Made by a program: the position numbers and the translations under genes. The notes under the pieces are model-generated. The model was not told where the DNA came from and made no database searches. It worked only from the letters and a program-made list of their open reading frames with translations. A stretch of DNA of 61,170 bases, the filler included, from Platydemus manokwari (taxonomy: Eukaryota): assembly GCA_037951405.1 (NCBI GenBank). It is 5 parts of 5 records of this genome, joined end to end, with 100 filler letters (N's around TTAATTAATTAA, not from the genome) between each part and the next. Parts side by side here need not be neighbours in the genome. Positions count along the whole stretch, not along the records: positions 21,170 to 30,413 come from JBBMOY011278318.1; positions 30,514 to 43,050 come from JBBMOY010091121.1; 3 more parts are not named here. The stretch is one strand, 5' to 3'. Below, piece after piece: positions 27,019 through 40,200 of the stretch; position 1 is the stretch's first letter, and each line of letters opens with the position of its first letter.

Positions 27019-28883
27019 CTTTCAATATTCAACACAAGTTAACGAGTCTATATTCAAACTATAGGAACTGATGAAATTGACTGAGACTAATAATCTTTAG
27101 AGATGATGGTCATATTTGTGCTGTCCTTTGGCGGTATAATATTATAAAGACATCATCATTTTACATTAAAATTTTCTAATGAAGTTAATTAACTAATTCT
27201 AAATTATTATTTTAACTACGGCATAATTAAGCATTTTCTGATTATTATGTAACATAAAATGTAGTTAAAGTTAAACTTGTTGATTGTATTGCAAAAATCT
27301 ATATAGTTTCTTTAATTAAGTCTTTTTAAATATTTTTAATTTTTAATTTAATTACCCAAGAAAATTTTTAGTCGTTTAAAATTAAATATTAAACACATTA
27401 AAGCTTCAAAATAATCGAAAAGTTGATTATTTGGAAAACGGGTCAAAGTAGGTCGAATTGTAATTTAATGAAAACCAGCGAGGCCTTTTTTTTTAACATT
27501 AGAGAGAGATACTCTAAATTTTTTTATAAAAATAAGTGATATTGGATTATTAAACATGTCAGGAGTTTACTAACTCGATTTATAATTATAAAATTTAAAT
27601 TAAAAAACCCAAATAATCATATAGAAGTATTGAGATTAGAATGGGAACTTGGTTTAGCAATTCTATTTAGTTCCTATTAGGCATCATAAAATGTGAGATA
27701 TCAACTGAACCATGTAAATAAATCAGCTTTCAAAATTAGATAAAATACTTCCGAAATAAAACAGAATATTAAAAAAAATTATTGATTTACAAAATTTGAT
27801 GATTTCTTCTCTTTTCTCAAGCTGTGACAACATTAGAGAGAGAAAAAATTAACAATTAAAATATTAATTTATATTTAATTGATGATGAGTGAAGCTTGAT
27901 CAATCACTTCGAAGTTTTATTGGAGGTCTTAAAGATGTATTCAATAATTGATATGGAATTAGATAAGTAATACAGAGCCTGCTAAGTTCGATTTTAGTAT
28001 CGATTTTAAGATATAATTTATGCATATTTTAGCATTCAAATTTTAATTCATCTCACTTAAATTAGCTTTAGGATTTACAGAGGTTTGAAATCGATTTAAC
28101 AGACGTTAAATAAATAGTTTTAGTGACGAGGTGTATAATCTTTTAAAAATATGGAATTATGTAAAGGTAAAGTAACATAACGTTGTAACAATATTCATTT
28201 GACACGATCGCTACAATTGATTAGAAAGTATTTTACAGGTCTCATAAATTAAGTATCAAAATTTTACGAATCAAATATACAAAAAAGTTGAAAACTAATA
28301 CAATCGATACTATTAATAAAGATTTTTAATGTCATGTTAATTAATACTTAAAAGATCATTTGCGGCCATCTTTCAATATTCACGAAGCTATTGTATTCGC
28401 ATGCTATTCGATAACTAATTTCGACATAAAATTTTTATTAAATCTATTGTTCTATTCGATTAAAATATTCAAATAAATAAAATTGATCGCTTATATTTTT
28501 TTAAAATCAATATATTTTCTATTAAAAATGATCAATTAAATATTAATTGATTTTAAAATCATCACATTATATATGATTAATATTTAATAGCGCTCTGTTA
28601 AGAGATATAGAGGTCTAATATAATAAATTTTACAAATATTAACTGACACTTAATACGAAAGTTATAATTGAAAATCACAATAATTTTCAGGTAACCAAAT
28701 TTTCATACAACCACTGTCGAAAATTGCACTCAATATTCAATGAATAATAAACTTAAGATTGAATTAGCACCAGAAAATTAAACAGCGACAAAGATGACAA
28801 CTATAAAGACTAGTTGTCAGAATATCGCCTTTAAGTCGCACGGAATAAAAATCCTCGACCAAAAAAACTGGTAGATGATAGTT

Positions 28884-29204
28884 GAATCCAACTCCTTTAT
28901 GGGCTTATCGTATGTGTTCACTCGGTGCCTTAAGGCTTTGCTTTTCATTCGAGAGTGGCGTTCACACGTCGATTTGTCATCAAATTTTCTTGTATTTCTA
29001 GTATCGTTGGCGTATCTCCATGTTTGTTACCGGTTGTTGGTGTGCACCAATTAATTACACAGCTCTACATATGAATTAATATATAGGAAGCATCTGATTG
29101 GCTATTAGCTCTTGCACTCGTCGAACATGTGTATATCAACCCTTTGAGGGTTATTTCCATGGTTTCCGTGAATATTTTGGTTGTTTTCCTGAATTATCCA
29201 ACAT
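28884..29204 (+). repeat. Dispersed ~310-320 bp repeat, copy 1 (solo-LTR- or MITE-like)
   Basis: Colinear similarity to 55001-55310 (ggcttatc.tatgtgt, tgattggctatt, aaccctt..a.ggttatttccatggt..c.tgaa.attttggtt, ending caaca). Confidence 0.75.
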
Positions 29205-30347
29205 TAATAATTGTAAAAATGATTTCTGAAATATTATTATTAATAATGATGTGTTACCCATATTGATTAATATAATTAATTTCATACTTATTGATTAATA
29301 CATCGTCAACATTATGGGAAATGGTAATGATGAGAGATAATAATTATTAATAAAAATAATTTGATTGGATTGGAATAAGATCTGCTGCATTATAATGTGA
29401 TGGGTTTTGATTGATAACGCGAATTCATGTTCAATCAATAACCTGATGATGATGTTTAACTGACATGAAAATCAGTAATGAAAGTTGATTTATGAAAATC
29501 AATACGAATAAGAAAAATCCATATATTTGAAACACATTAAATCAAAAATGGGATTTATTTCAATGAAAATGCTTACTTAATGATGATTTATGCTCATATT
29601 TTTCCCGAAAGTAATTTCATGAAATCTTAATATTAATTGATAAATCATTCCATTTTGATTGGTTAGAGCGGAACACATCGCCTTGACTACGTAATAAATT
29701 CTGGAAACAACTCGTACTACTTGCACGGAACAGTATTTGAATATGAACTGAACTAAGATGAGCAGTGACATTTATTATTGTAACTGATTATTTTAGTAAA
29801 AATATCATAATATATCAATATATCGACATAATAAATCAATATCAAGACTTCGGTTTAGTTATTTTGAGTTGTTTTAAACAAATTCTCCAATATTATGCTC
29901 GTTTTATATAAATATGTACTTTTCGAATATAGGTTTGGTGACATTTTAGGTCTCACTGCAACCATAGTGATGAGCATAAAATAATGATAATCATTATCTG
30001 ATCAATTGTGTTAAATATCGTAATAATCTCAATTAGTTGTTATTTTTATTTTCGGACTTTGTTGAGCAATGAATTCAAACTCAACACCTCTTTAAATTTA
30101 TAATCTGAAATAAAATATAAGATTTTTTCATAATTTTACTTATTCAGAACGTTGCTGACAAAGTGGTTTCGATTTCTGTGATTATAATTATCAATAATCT
30201 TTAATAATATTTTGTGTTTTGAATAGTTGTTATAGATTTCAAATTCTCTGAAATGCGCTGTTGAGTATTAATGTGTGTACCTATTGGGGATTAATTCATT
30301 GATAAACTAGCTGATATTTTTAAATTATAAATGGCTATTAATAAATA

Positions 30348-30413
30348 TCAGGTGTACCGGTATGAAATGAGCGTTAAGATACAAATATGTTGGTAGGGAA
30401 GATTTGTTGTGAA
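30348..30413. mobile_element. Mariner terminal inverted repeat (Mos1/mauritiana-like) cut by the assembly gap
   Basis: TA|tcaggtgtaccggtatgaaatgagcgtt closely resembles the Mos1 TIR TCAGGTGTACAAGTATGAAATGTCGTTT. Confidence 0.75.
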
Positions 30414-30513
30414 NNNNNNNNNNNNNNNNNNNNNNNNNNNNNNNNNNNNNNNNNNNNTTAATTAATTAANNNNNNNNNNNNNNNNNNNNNNNNNNNNNNN
30501 NNNNNNNNNNNNN
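30414..30513. other. Assembly gap spacer
   Basis: 44 N + TTAATTAATTAA + 44 N. Confidence 0.98.
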
Positions 30514-32052
30514 TCATAAACAGGATGGCAATGATAAACATTTTCAATATAAGTTTCATGATACTATTAATAATAATAATATAAATAATATAATGGCGAA
30601 TTTCAACATCTTCTGTACATCAGATTTTCACTTTAAAATTCTTAGCTCAACAGATGAAATAATTATGAAATATATAATAAAGATTTCGTAACTAAATACA
30701 GAATCTCAGTGAATCACACTAAGCTGAAGCTATTTCAAAAAATGCATCCGATCTAATTCGTAGAAAAATCTTAATTAAAAAGATATTTTACTTTGATAAA
30801 ATTTATGAACACTCGATTTGTAATGAACTTCAAAATAGTTAATTTGCATTGAGATGCTTGCTAAATATCGTGTATGTGTGTTGTTCATACCTCTCTTAGA
30901 TCTATGCGTCTTGAGGTTTCGTACGTCTTGTAATGTCTGTATGATCTTGTAAAAAGGATTTTAAATGATTTTGTTCGCTACTTCATATAATAGATTAAAT
31001 AGATCAATAAATTTTTTCGAGTTTTAATTTTAAGATTATTATATTTAGAATATATTATTTTATCTTGCGTTGCTTTGCTGAAAAATGGTATCTTTTGAAT
31101 CCAGAATGATGAAAACGTGGATCATATTTTTACTTTTAGAATTTAAAATTATCTCTTTGATGCATGATTAAGTGTTTTACCGTATTAATGTTAAAAGTTC
31201 AATAAATTATAAAAATATTTTGCAAAAATAATTAAATAATCTATATAAAAAATAATACAGTACATATTAATTTGAAAGAAAAAATCAGAAAATTTTAAAT
31301 TGTAAATATAAGATTTCTCCAAATTAGTAAACCAAATAATCCAAATCCTCAGCACCGAAATTTATAACTAATAGCATTTTGAAATGGATAAAGAGATACA
31401 ATGGATATAAATTTGGTCATTAAATATTCTCAATCAAAAAATTCAAGTTTTCTTTATAATAGTTTTGATTAAAAATTTGGTCAACTTCACAATATTTCAA
31501 TGCCAATAGTTGACTGAACGTTTATTTATTCTGGTGCCTAGTAGTTGAAGCTAAATTTTCAAAGTTTATCGGATTATACAAATTGTTAAATATATATCTA
31601 TAAATATTGATTGAAAATAATTCGAATAAATTATACTGAAGTCAAATCGAGAATTAATGACTTTATTAGAATGTAGTTCATGTTGATTTTAATTTCATTA
31701 TTATTTAAATATATAATTTACCAGGGACTCATTTACAATATAAGACTTCAAAAGTGAAACCTTTAAATAATAAAAGTTTTTAATATTATATTTAAATGAT
31801 AACTTAATGTTAATATTTTCATAATTAAAGATGAGATCTAGGCTTAAAATGACGAGAACTAAAATAAGTTTAGTAAGACATACATATTAGAGGTAACTTT
31901 TTTATATTGAAATATTTCCTTTTAAATTTATAATGAAAATATTGTTATATATATACATTGAATTTATGATAGACTGATAAACTGACTCATTTAACTAGAA
32001 TACCATTAAATATATCCGGTGGCATTTTATAGTTAAATTCAAATTCTAACAT

Positions 32053-32784
32053 ATGAACATGTCATTGATGTTCCTTTTGTGGTTGGTTTATGTAGCTGCA
32101 AACCATATTAATGCAATAATGAGTGAAAGCGATATTTGTATTCATGCTCAATGTTTTATTCGTACACATCTTGACCAAAAATTGTTACTTTGTGAAGATA
32201 AGAAAACATTTGATGCTAATTTCGAAAGTTACAAGAATATTATTACCATTTCTTGTAAAAGAAAATGTATTGAGAACACTTGTCAATTTATTTTGGAACC
32301 TTATTCGATTATGGATGTCTATGTTATACAAAATATCGATATCTTACCAATCCAGCAAAAAGTAGGAGCGTTCATAAAGTTTGTGCGAATATCTCTGTTG
32401 TCTATCTTAGTTGAATACCCGCTTAATATTACTTTTGAAATTACGGTTGTCGAACATTGTTTCAAGATTTATCTGAAAAAGAATTTAAGATCTTTTCATG
32501 TTGACGCATCATGTTTATGCGATGAATTAGATTTGGCAATCCCAGCCCAAATAATTTCGGAAAATAATCAAAGAAGTTTATCAACATATTATAATTCTTT
32601 TGACGATTTGGAAAAGGTTGGAACTTTTCAAAGGAAAAGAGTCATTGATAGGAAGAATCTATGTACCAAAGCGATTCAAACAATGAGTTTCAAATCAAAT
32701 CTACGAAATTGTCCATCAATCATTGTACGAGAATATATTGTTTTCTTTCTACTCATTTATAAACTAATGACAGACTTTCTCTAA
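32053..32784 (+). CDS. Uncharacterised intronless cysteine-rich secreted/membrane-anchored protein, 243 aa
   Basis: 732-nt ORF in very AT-rich DNA. N-terminal signal-peptide-like MNMSLMFLLWLVYVAANHINA, 11 Cys, hydrophobic C-terminal tail IIVREYIVFFLLIYKLMTDFL. Confidence 0.7.
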   Translation: MNMSLMFLLWLVYVAANHINAIMSESDICIHAQCFIRTHLDQKLLLCEDKKTFDANFESYKNIITISCKRKCIENTCQFILEPYSIMDVYVIQNIDILPIQQKVGAFIKFVRISLLSILVEYPLNITFEITVVEHCFKIYLKKNLRSFHVDASCLCDELDLAIPAQIISENNQRSLSTYYNSFDDLEKVGTFQRKRVIDRKNLCTKAIQTMSFKSNLRNCPSIIVREYIVFFLLIYKLMTDFL

Positions 32785-33781
32785 TAACAAACTATTTTGG
32801 TAAGATAGCAAAAACTTTTGAAATAAATTATGATTTGTGTAATCATAAATCTTGGATTTCTTGATTTATATTTCTCATAAAATTTTTATAAAACAATAAA
32901 CCTTGTTTATCTACACTTTTAGTCCGTTTCACATCTTAGGTACCGGTGATTATCACTTTTTGGTTTCGTAATATTAAATCTATATAAATTCTAACGTCAT
33001 TGGTTTATTGTAAACTTATCGATGAATTAAAAATTAGAAATTATGAATAAATTGAAATTTATAAATTATAGACTCACAAAAATTGGAAAATCTTCTGAAA
33101 ATAATAATGAACATGATATTCAGGCTTAATTAGTCTTCTATTATTTAAGATGATATTGATTAATTAACGTTGTGTAAACTTAGACTGACAAAAGTTGAGA
33201 ATGTCGTATTTAAAAGGAAGATCCTTAAAAATTTAATAGATAATAAAAAATTCGAGAGGGTCTAGCCTTTGCCATTGTGAAGCACAATTTGTTCTGAGTA
33301 TTAAGGTAAAAAAATAAAGAGTAAATAAATAATTTAATTAAATGTGTTTGTTGTAGTTTTAATGATTCGGTAATGGATGTCAATAACAAATATCATGACC
33401 ATGTGATTGGAAAAACTTATTTCTCTAATGGATTTGAACTTGATTTATTTTAATTTTTATAACACTAAATTTCACAGATATTGATTTTTATTATACTGTG
33501 ATCAAAACGCATTGTTTATTAATTATTGCCAATTTATTCAGTTACAAAACTTGTCGTTGAATAAGTTTTATTTAGGAAAAATGAAAATATCAAATAATTG
33601 ACAACAATAAAAAAACAATAATTAAAATTCTCGATGCACTGTCCAAGTAGATTATCAAATAATCTGAAGCAAGTGGCGAAGAGTGAAGAGGAAACACTGA
33701 TTATTTATGCAGAATAATTACAATATATGTTTCTTTAAAATCGTTAAATAATTAATTAAACAAAATTTAATTTAAATTTAA

Positions 33782-34002
33782 AAATTCGAAAACCAAAATG
33801 CCATCGGAGATGCCATGATCGAGTTTTTTAATTCCAAAGACGAGACTTTCTATAAAAATGGTATCCAAAACTTGGTTTCACGTTGGCAGCAAGTTATTGA
33901 AGCAGATGGGGAATATGTAAATGATTAAATAAATCTCAATCAAAATCTTTTTCAATTTTATTCTTTTAATAAAAAACGGACATTACTTTTCGGATGACCT
34001 AA
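33782..34002 (+). mobile_element. 3' fragment of a mariner (transposase C-terminus plus right TIR)
   Basis: KFENQNAIGDAMIEFFNSKDETFYKNGIQNLVSRWQQVIEADGEYVND* (33782-33928), followed by the TIR aaaacggacattacttttcggatgacctaa|TA. Confidence 0.9.
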
Positions 34003-34244
34003 TAGTTTACGTACGAGCAATTTCCTGTCGGTTATTTATTTCGCATAATTAATGTAATCCTTCTTTCAAAAATAAAAAATCTTATTTCTTTGAAAAAATA
34101 TATCTTTTATGGCTATTATAAAATCAAAATTTTCTTACCTTAAACTTTCTCTGTATGCAGTAGCAAAAAGCTTTGTGTTTTGGTCAATTTGTTAAGCTAT
34201 TTAGACTTTATACATGAGTATTCGACATATTTTTAAAAATAATA

Positions 34245-35506
34245 TTGGGTTGGTGTAAAAGTTCGGTTCTTTACAATTATGAAAAATACATATTAATTAA
34301 GAATAAAATCCATGCAAAAAATTCCAGATAACAAAATGAATTTATGAAATCAAATATCTCAGTCTCAATCAGTGAGATATTCTGCGCCACAATTGATCAC
34401 TTCCTTCCACCGTTCTAGCAGTTTGTCAATACCACGTTTGAAGAATTTTGGTGATTTTTGGTCGAAACTTTTTTCAATCCACGTTGTTATTGCTTCTTAG
34501 TTTTCAAACGTGAGACCAGAAAAATGGTTCGGCATGCAGAGGAAAAGATGAAAATCTGTTGGGGTTAAGTCGGGGGAACATGAAGGATATGAAGAACTTC
34601 CCAAGAAAGCTCTTCAATAGCCAACTTTTTCATTATGGTGACATGATGCCGTGCATTATCATGCTGTGAAATAATCTACTTCCCATAAGTCCTCTTCTCT
34701 TTGATTGCAGTGCTTACTCGCTTGCGTTGTTTACAATAAAGTTCGGCATTGAATGTTTGGTTGGCAAGAATGGATAACACAAACTTCATCTCTCCAAAAG
34801 CAAAACAAGATTTTGTGTTGATGAATTTCTGGTCGTTGTTAATTTTGAGGACTTACCAATGTTTCAAATTTACATACAGGGACTATTTCTCAGTACCTGT
34901 TACGATCATGGAATGAAAAGATTGATATTGCTGCACAGCGGATTGGCAGCGAACGTGTAAAGATGCAGAACGCGTTGACTTTTTTGACTTTCTTTAAGAA
35001 GGTGAAGTATCCATGATTTAAGCTTTTGAAATTTCCCTATTTTCTCGAGATGTCGAGAAATAGTGGTGTGATCACAATCCATGGCTTGTCCAAATGCTAG
35101 TGTCGATTGACGTGGTTCATCATGAATTAATTGGTTCAAACAGTCTTAATCAAAGTCACTAGATCGGCCTGGCCTAGGTGCATCGTTTAAATCAAAAATT
35201 TCCACTGTTAAATTTTTGTTCTGTTCATTCACTGACTGCCTTTTCACCATAAACGCAACAAATTATTCTGGTGATTTCTCCAGCGTTTAAATGTTGATTA
35301 ATATAGAAAATGAGTAGCTGACAGAAATGTTCATTTTTATCTACTTGACACTCCATTTTAATGAGGGTAATGAAAGTGAAAGTTAATCTAAAATAATTTT
35401 AATAGGTAATTCAGCTGAATGAATATAACGCAAATCAGTTAAAACAAGAAGTTGGTATGTTTTCTTTGCAACAAATAAAATCACACGAATTTGTGCACCA
35501 ACACAA
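34245..35506 (-). mobile_element. Full-length but decayed mariner (mellifera-subfamily-like), ~1.26 kb; transposase pseudogene 35356-34365
   Basis: TA-flanked TIRs (ttgggttggtgtaaaagttcg versus the reverse complement ttgtgttggtgcacaaattcg). Translation gives MECQVDKNEHF, LNDAPRPGR, WILHLL (WVPHEL-like), HDNARHHV, SPDLTPTDFHLF and FFKRGIDKLLERWKEVINCGAEYLTD*, with frameshifts and stops. Confidence 0.95.
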
Positions 35507-36683
35507 TACTTTCAAGTTTATAATTCATTTACTTTACATTTACATTTTTACTTATTTTTTTACTAACACTTATTAACTACCGATTAGGTTATAATAATTA
35601 TTTTTTGAACTTTTTCGTTATTCCATATTATTTTCACATTATTACTATTTATTATCATTGATATTATTATTTAGTATAATTTATTACCGGTTTTTCCTCA
35701 TTTCTGCTTCACAATTAAATTGAATTATTTACTTTATAAAAATCATAATAATTGACTAAAGATTCTCCATTTATCAAACAAATATTTCTGCCAGCTTGAA
35801 TAAACAGAATATTCACAATAAATATTTAACTTTTAAAATAAAGTAAACAATATTCACTTCGATTATCAAGATATTGATTATCAATTCTCAAAATCAAATC
35901 AATAAAAGCATCGATTATCAATTGATAAAATCGATAACAATTATCAATGTCAAAATAATAAGTTATTCATTAATTGTCAAAATCAAATTAATTGAGTCTG
36001 AATTTCTTACCTTTTGGCTGGATGGTCTGTGGTCCAACAAAATGAATAATGCTTGATCACGAGAGGATAAATGTAAGATGAAAAAAGTATTATAACTGAT
36101 GGTCATAATTAGTTGAACAAAGAACATTTTTAATTCAATCCAATCGTAGAGAACTTAGCTAACAGAATTTTATAATTCATTGAATAAAAAATTAAACATT
36201 AAATAAAATCCAAAGTCTTATTGCTTCGAAACCAGTGAACGGAAATTCATTGGTCAAGAAATTGCCAGTTAAATCATTTATTTCTTTGGATTAAATTATT
36301 TGTTGAATGACAACTGTGACCTATAAACAAAAGAACGAAGAATTAATAATTCAATATCAGGCGTTCTAAATAATTATACACATAACAAAACCGTGATTTT
36401 ATTTAACAATGTTGCTCTTATGTGATTGATACATATATCAAATTTTAATTATATAAGACTTCAACTCTGAAAAAATTGTTTTCATGGTTTTAAAATTTTT
36501 TCTGAAAGCTGAATATTTTAATAAATATTAGATACTAGAAAAATTAAATTAAATACTCTTATTTATAATTAATCAATTAAGAGAGATTTAAAAATAAAAT
36601 GAAAAAGAAATAAAAACAAAAATGGAAAACAAAAAAATATTAAAAAGTTGTAATAATTCTATGTAGGAAAAGCAACTTGTTAA

Positions 36684-36836
36684 CCCTTTCCATACGACTT
36701 GTGGCCAATGAAAATATTTTTGTATAACTGAACTATATGTGCTGCAAATAAATAAAGGAACATATTTACATAATTTCAGATTTTTAGATTTTTGAACATT
36801 TTCTGGGACTTATATATCCCCGCAGTATTGAAAGGG
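36684..36836. mobile_element. piggyBac-type MITE, 153 bp, TTAA target duplication
   Basis: TTAA|CCCTTTCCATAC ... GTATTGAAAGGG|TTAA; 11 of 12 TIR positions match; no coding capacity. Confidence 0.85.
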
Positions 36837-37203
36837 TTAATATCTATCATCCAAATAACTACTGTCTTATCGATTGCTATACGAATTGAATGAAACTATA
36901 AAATCTTTCAGGATTCTGATAAATAATATAATTAAATTTTTTTTAATAGATTGAAATATTTGAAAAAAAATAGAATGAACTGTTATATTACAACCAAAAT
37001 CTTGACCTGGTTTCCATAATAAAAACACATGGTCAATTAATGAATAAGGCATGAAAAATAAGAAACCAATGAAATACTTTAATAAGTAGAATGATGATCA
37101 TTCAATCAATAAATTTGAATTTTTTAAAATTTTTATTTGAATAAAGAATTTATGGGATATTCTTTATGTAAAAATATTTTAAAATATAAAAATAAAATGT
37201 AAC

Positions 37204-40200
37204 CTGTGAAATATTAAAACCAAGTACGGCTCCAATATACAAAGGATAGCAATTAATCATTGTATACCATGTAAAGTTAAATGAAGTAATAAATATTAAA
37301 TAACCAATAAATGGTCTGGATGTGAAGGCAGATTTCCATGGAACACGTGATTGCTTTTTCTGGAAATAAAATCCATAAATGCCAAATAGAAATTTCATTG
37401 AACTAAGGGATTAAATATTGTTAATAATTAAATTTTGATGTCTTTATTTATATTAAATTATTCTAAACAACTTTACAAAACAATCTTATTTCATTAAGGT
37501 GTGATCTATAAATGAAATTCTATTATAAAAATTCGATGTGTTCTTCTCTCCGTGCATCGGTTAGACATCATGTTTGCTGCCACTATAGAATTTTCTCTAA
37601 TTGCTGCTGCAATATCATCTCGAGTCTGGTTCTCGTGAATCACATCCGTATGGACATTGATCTTCCGCCCGTAGATTATCTCAAAAGGGGAGAAATTCGT
37701 TGTTGATTGATGTGTTCCTTTGATGCAGAACTCTATCCTTGGCAGAATTCAGCACAACTTTTTCCGAGGCTCTTATCCTTTAAGGTAGCTGTTATCATAT
37801 CTCGCTAGCCCATATCTAGCCCATTCGATTGATGCTGGTATGGTGAACTGAATCCTTGTTTTATTCTTAATTTTGAACACGCCTCTTGCCACTATGAATC
37901 GTGTCTATTTGGGCAATGACCACCACGATTTGCTCTTGAAACTCAGAACCTAACCAAGGGAGCAGAAACTCTTTAGTTCTCGATTGATTAACCTTTCTCA
38001 TTGCACAGATAACATATTCTTTCAGTATCTCTTTGATGATGTTGAACATGTTGGGCCAATACAAATTGTTATCCAAATATGAGATGGTTTTCTTTGAGCC
38101 TACGTGGTAGAAGTCCTCGTGAATTATTTTGACGAATTGAGCGGCTGACATTACGCTGACACTAATTATTGAACGCGATGATAGAAAATTGGCAATTTAT
38201 TATTAACTTCTATTTTATTGGAATTAGTATTAGTGGGCATATTTACTATAGGAAATTTTAATGTTGGTATTTGTTTTAATGTGTAGGTTTATTTTAAATA
38301 TTTATATTTTTTAAATCCGGTTTTGCTCTAGAACTGATAAAACTATTGTAGAAATATTGCAAAGACACAAAATACAATAATAAGGTATACCAAAATTGCT
38401 ACCGAAATCAATCCTATAGTATTATGCATCAATGCATAATACACAATGATTGTTAGATTATTGTCTTTAACAGGCTGTTTTGGATTGAATTGTCTTAAAA
38501 CCACAATATAAATATAAATCATCACGCGTTCTTATTTCAGAATTACGGCGTCAAAAGACTAGTGTATATCACTACTATAATATTATATTGAATAAACATA
38601 TTTTTAAATCAATAAATTAAAAACCATCTGTAAAACATAATCTTAAAAATGAATGCGCATAGATGTCAATTTTGTGATATAACATTTAAACCTATTCAAG
38701 CTCTAAAACCTCTTGAAAAATTTAAAAAGTATATTGCGAAATATAATGAAAGAGTGGTTGTCCATGAAAATGAGCAAAGCTCTGTCTTAGACAATGAGCA
38801 AAGTTCGTTCGTTTTAGGCAGTAATTCTAAACCCATACGATTAATAAAAGATCTCAGCCAACTGAAAATATTATTGCATTAGAAATCGGATTAGAACATT
38901 TTTTCAAATTATAAAATATCAATGAAATTAATTGAAAAAATACGAATCGAAATTAAACAAAAGATATAAAAAAACATTATTTCGAGAAAACATAATTGTG
39001 AATTTCGAAGATAGTTATAATTTTTTTTATTTTTAAAAAATTATGAAAATATGCTAATTAAATTAAATAATATTTTCCCATATTTTTTCTGATCTTGTTT
39101 TATTGCCTTTTAATTAAAACTTAAATAAATACAATCAAAAAAGATTTCCAATCACAATTCCTGGCTCATTTTACTCGAGGATTATTATGAAAGTAGACCT
39201 CTGTCATCTGTGAATGATCAATAAATTATTCACATTTAAATATGCGTAATTCTTAATAAATGTGTAAGATCTTAAAATCATTAACAAAATTAATAATAAA
39301 TAAATAAAAATAATAAATATTATTTCGGAAATAAGTAAAATTAATACCTTATAATCAGGCTGATTGTGAGGTAATGAAGTAATCAATAAATCTTTTTCGT
39401 ATTCACTGATAAATGGATGACTGTCCGGTTTATCAAACACCAAGAAACAATATGCAATAAACCAAATGCAACCAAAAATTCCCATTATATAAAATACATA
39501 TGTCCATCCGAAACTTTGAATAATTATGCCAGTTAAGCTCTGTCCAACCACAGTACCAATAGTACTACCTGAATCAATTTATAATAAAAATGTTAATATC
39601 AACGTAAATTAGATGTAATTAAATTTACAGAAACGATAAAAGTGTTTCATGTTAGTCTAAAAAAAGGATCAAAATTAATTTGATTATTTTTATATCTTTG
39701 TAAATTCACAAAATAAAATTAAATACAACACATGCTCGATATATCCTCGTAATTTTCGCATAATCATAATATACCTCTGGAATTGCTCTGTGGTACAATC
39801 ATTTTTCATATTCCTGGCAAATTATTTAACAAAGAAATTTGGTAATTAAAATAATAATACAATGTTTACAATTTTTGCTTGATTGTTTAGTAAATTAACT
39901 ATGAAGACAAATTTTTTCTATAGAACAATTTTATTTTGATTCTTAGAAGACCTACGTTGTTCAAATTTTATTTCCTTTATCGCCTCATTTCAATTAAAAA
40001 TCTTTTCTAGACAACCATCATAAGAAATAACTAATATTCTAGGAAGATATAGAATATAAAGATATATAACCGAATTTGGGAAGTTATTCATAACCAAGCT
40101 CAACTTGAGCATTGTTTTGATGAGATTTCAAATCAATTAGCCAAATATTAAAAATACGAGTCTGTGGATAACATTTGTCTGATTAGCATGATGAATATAG

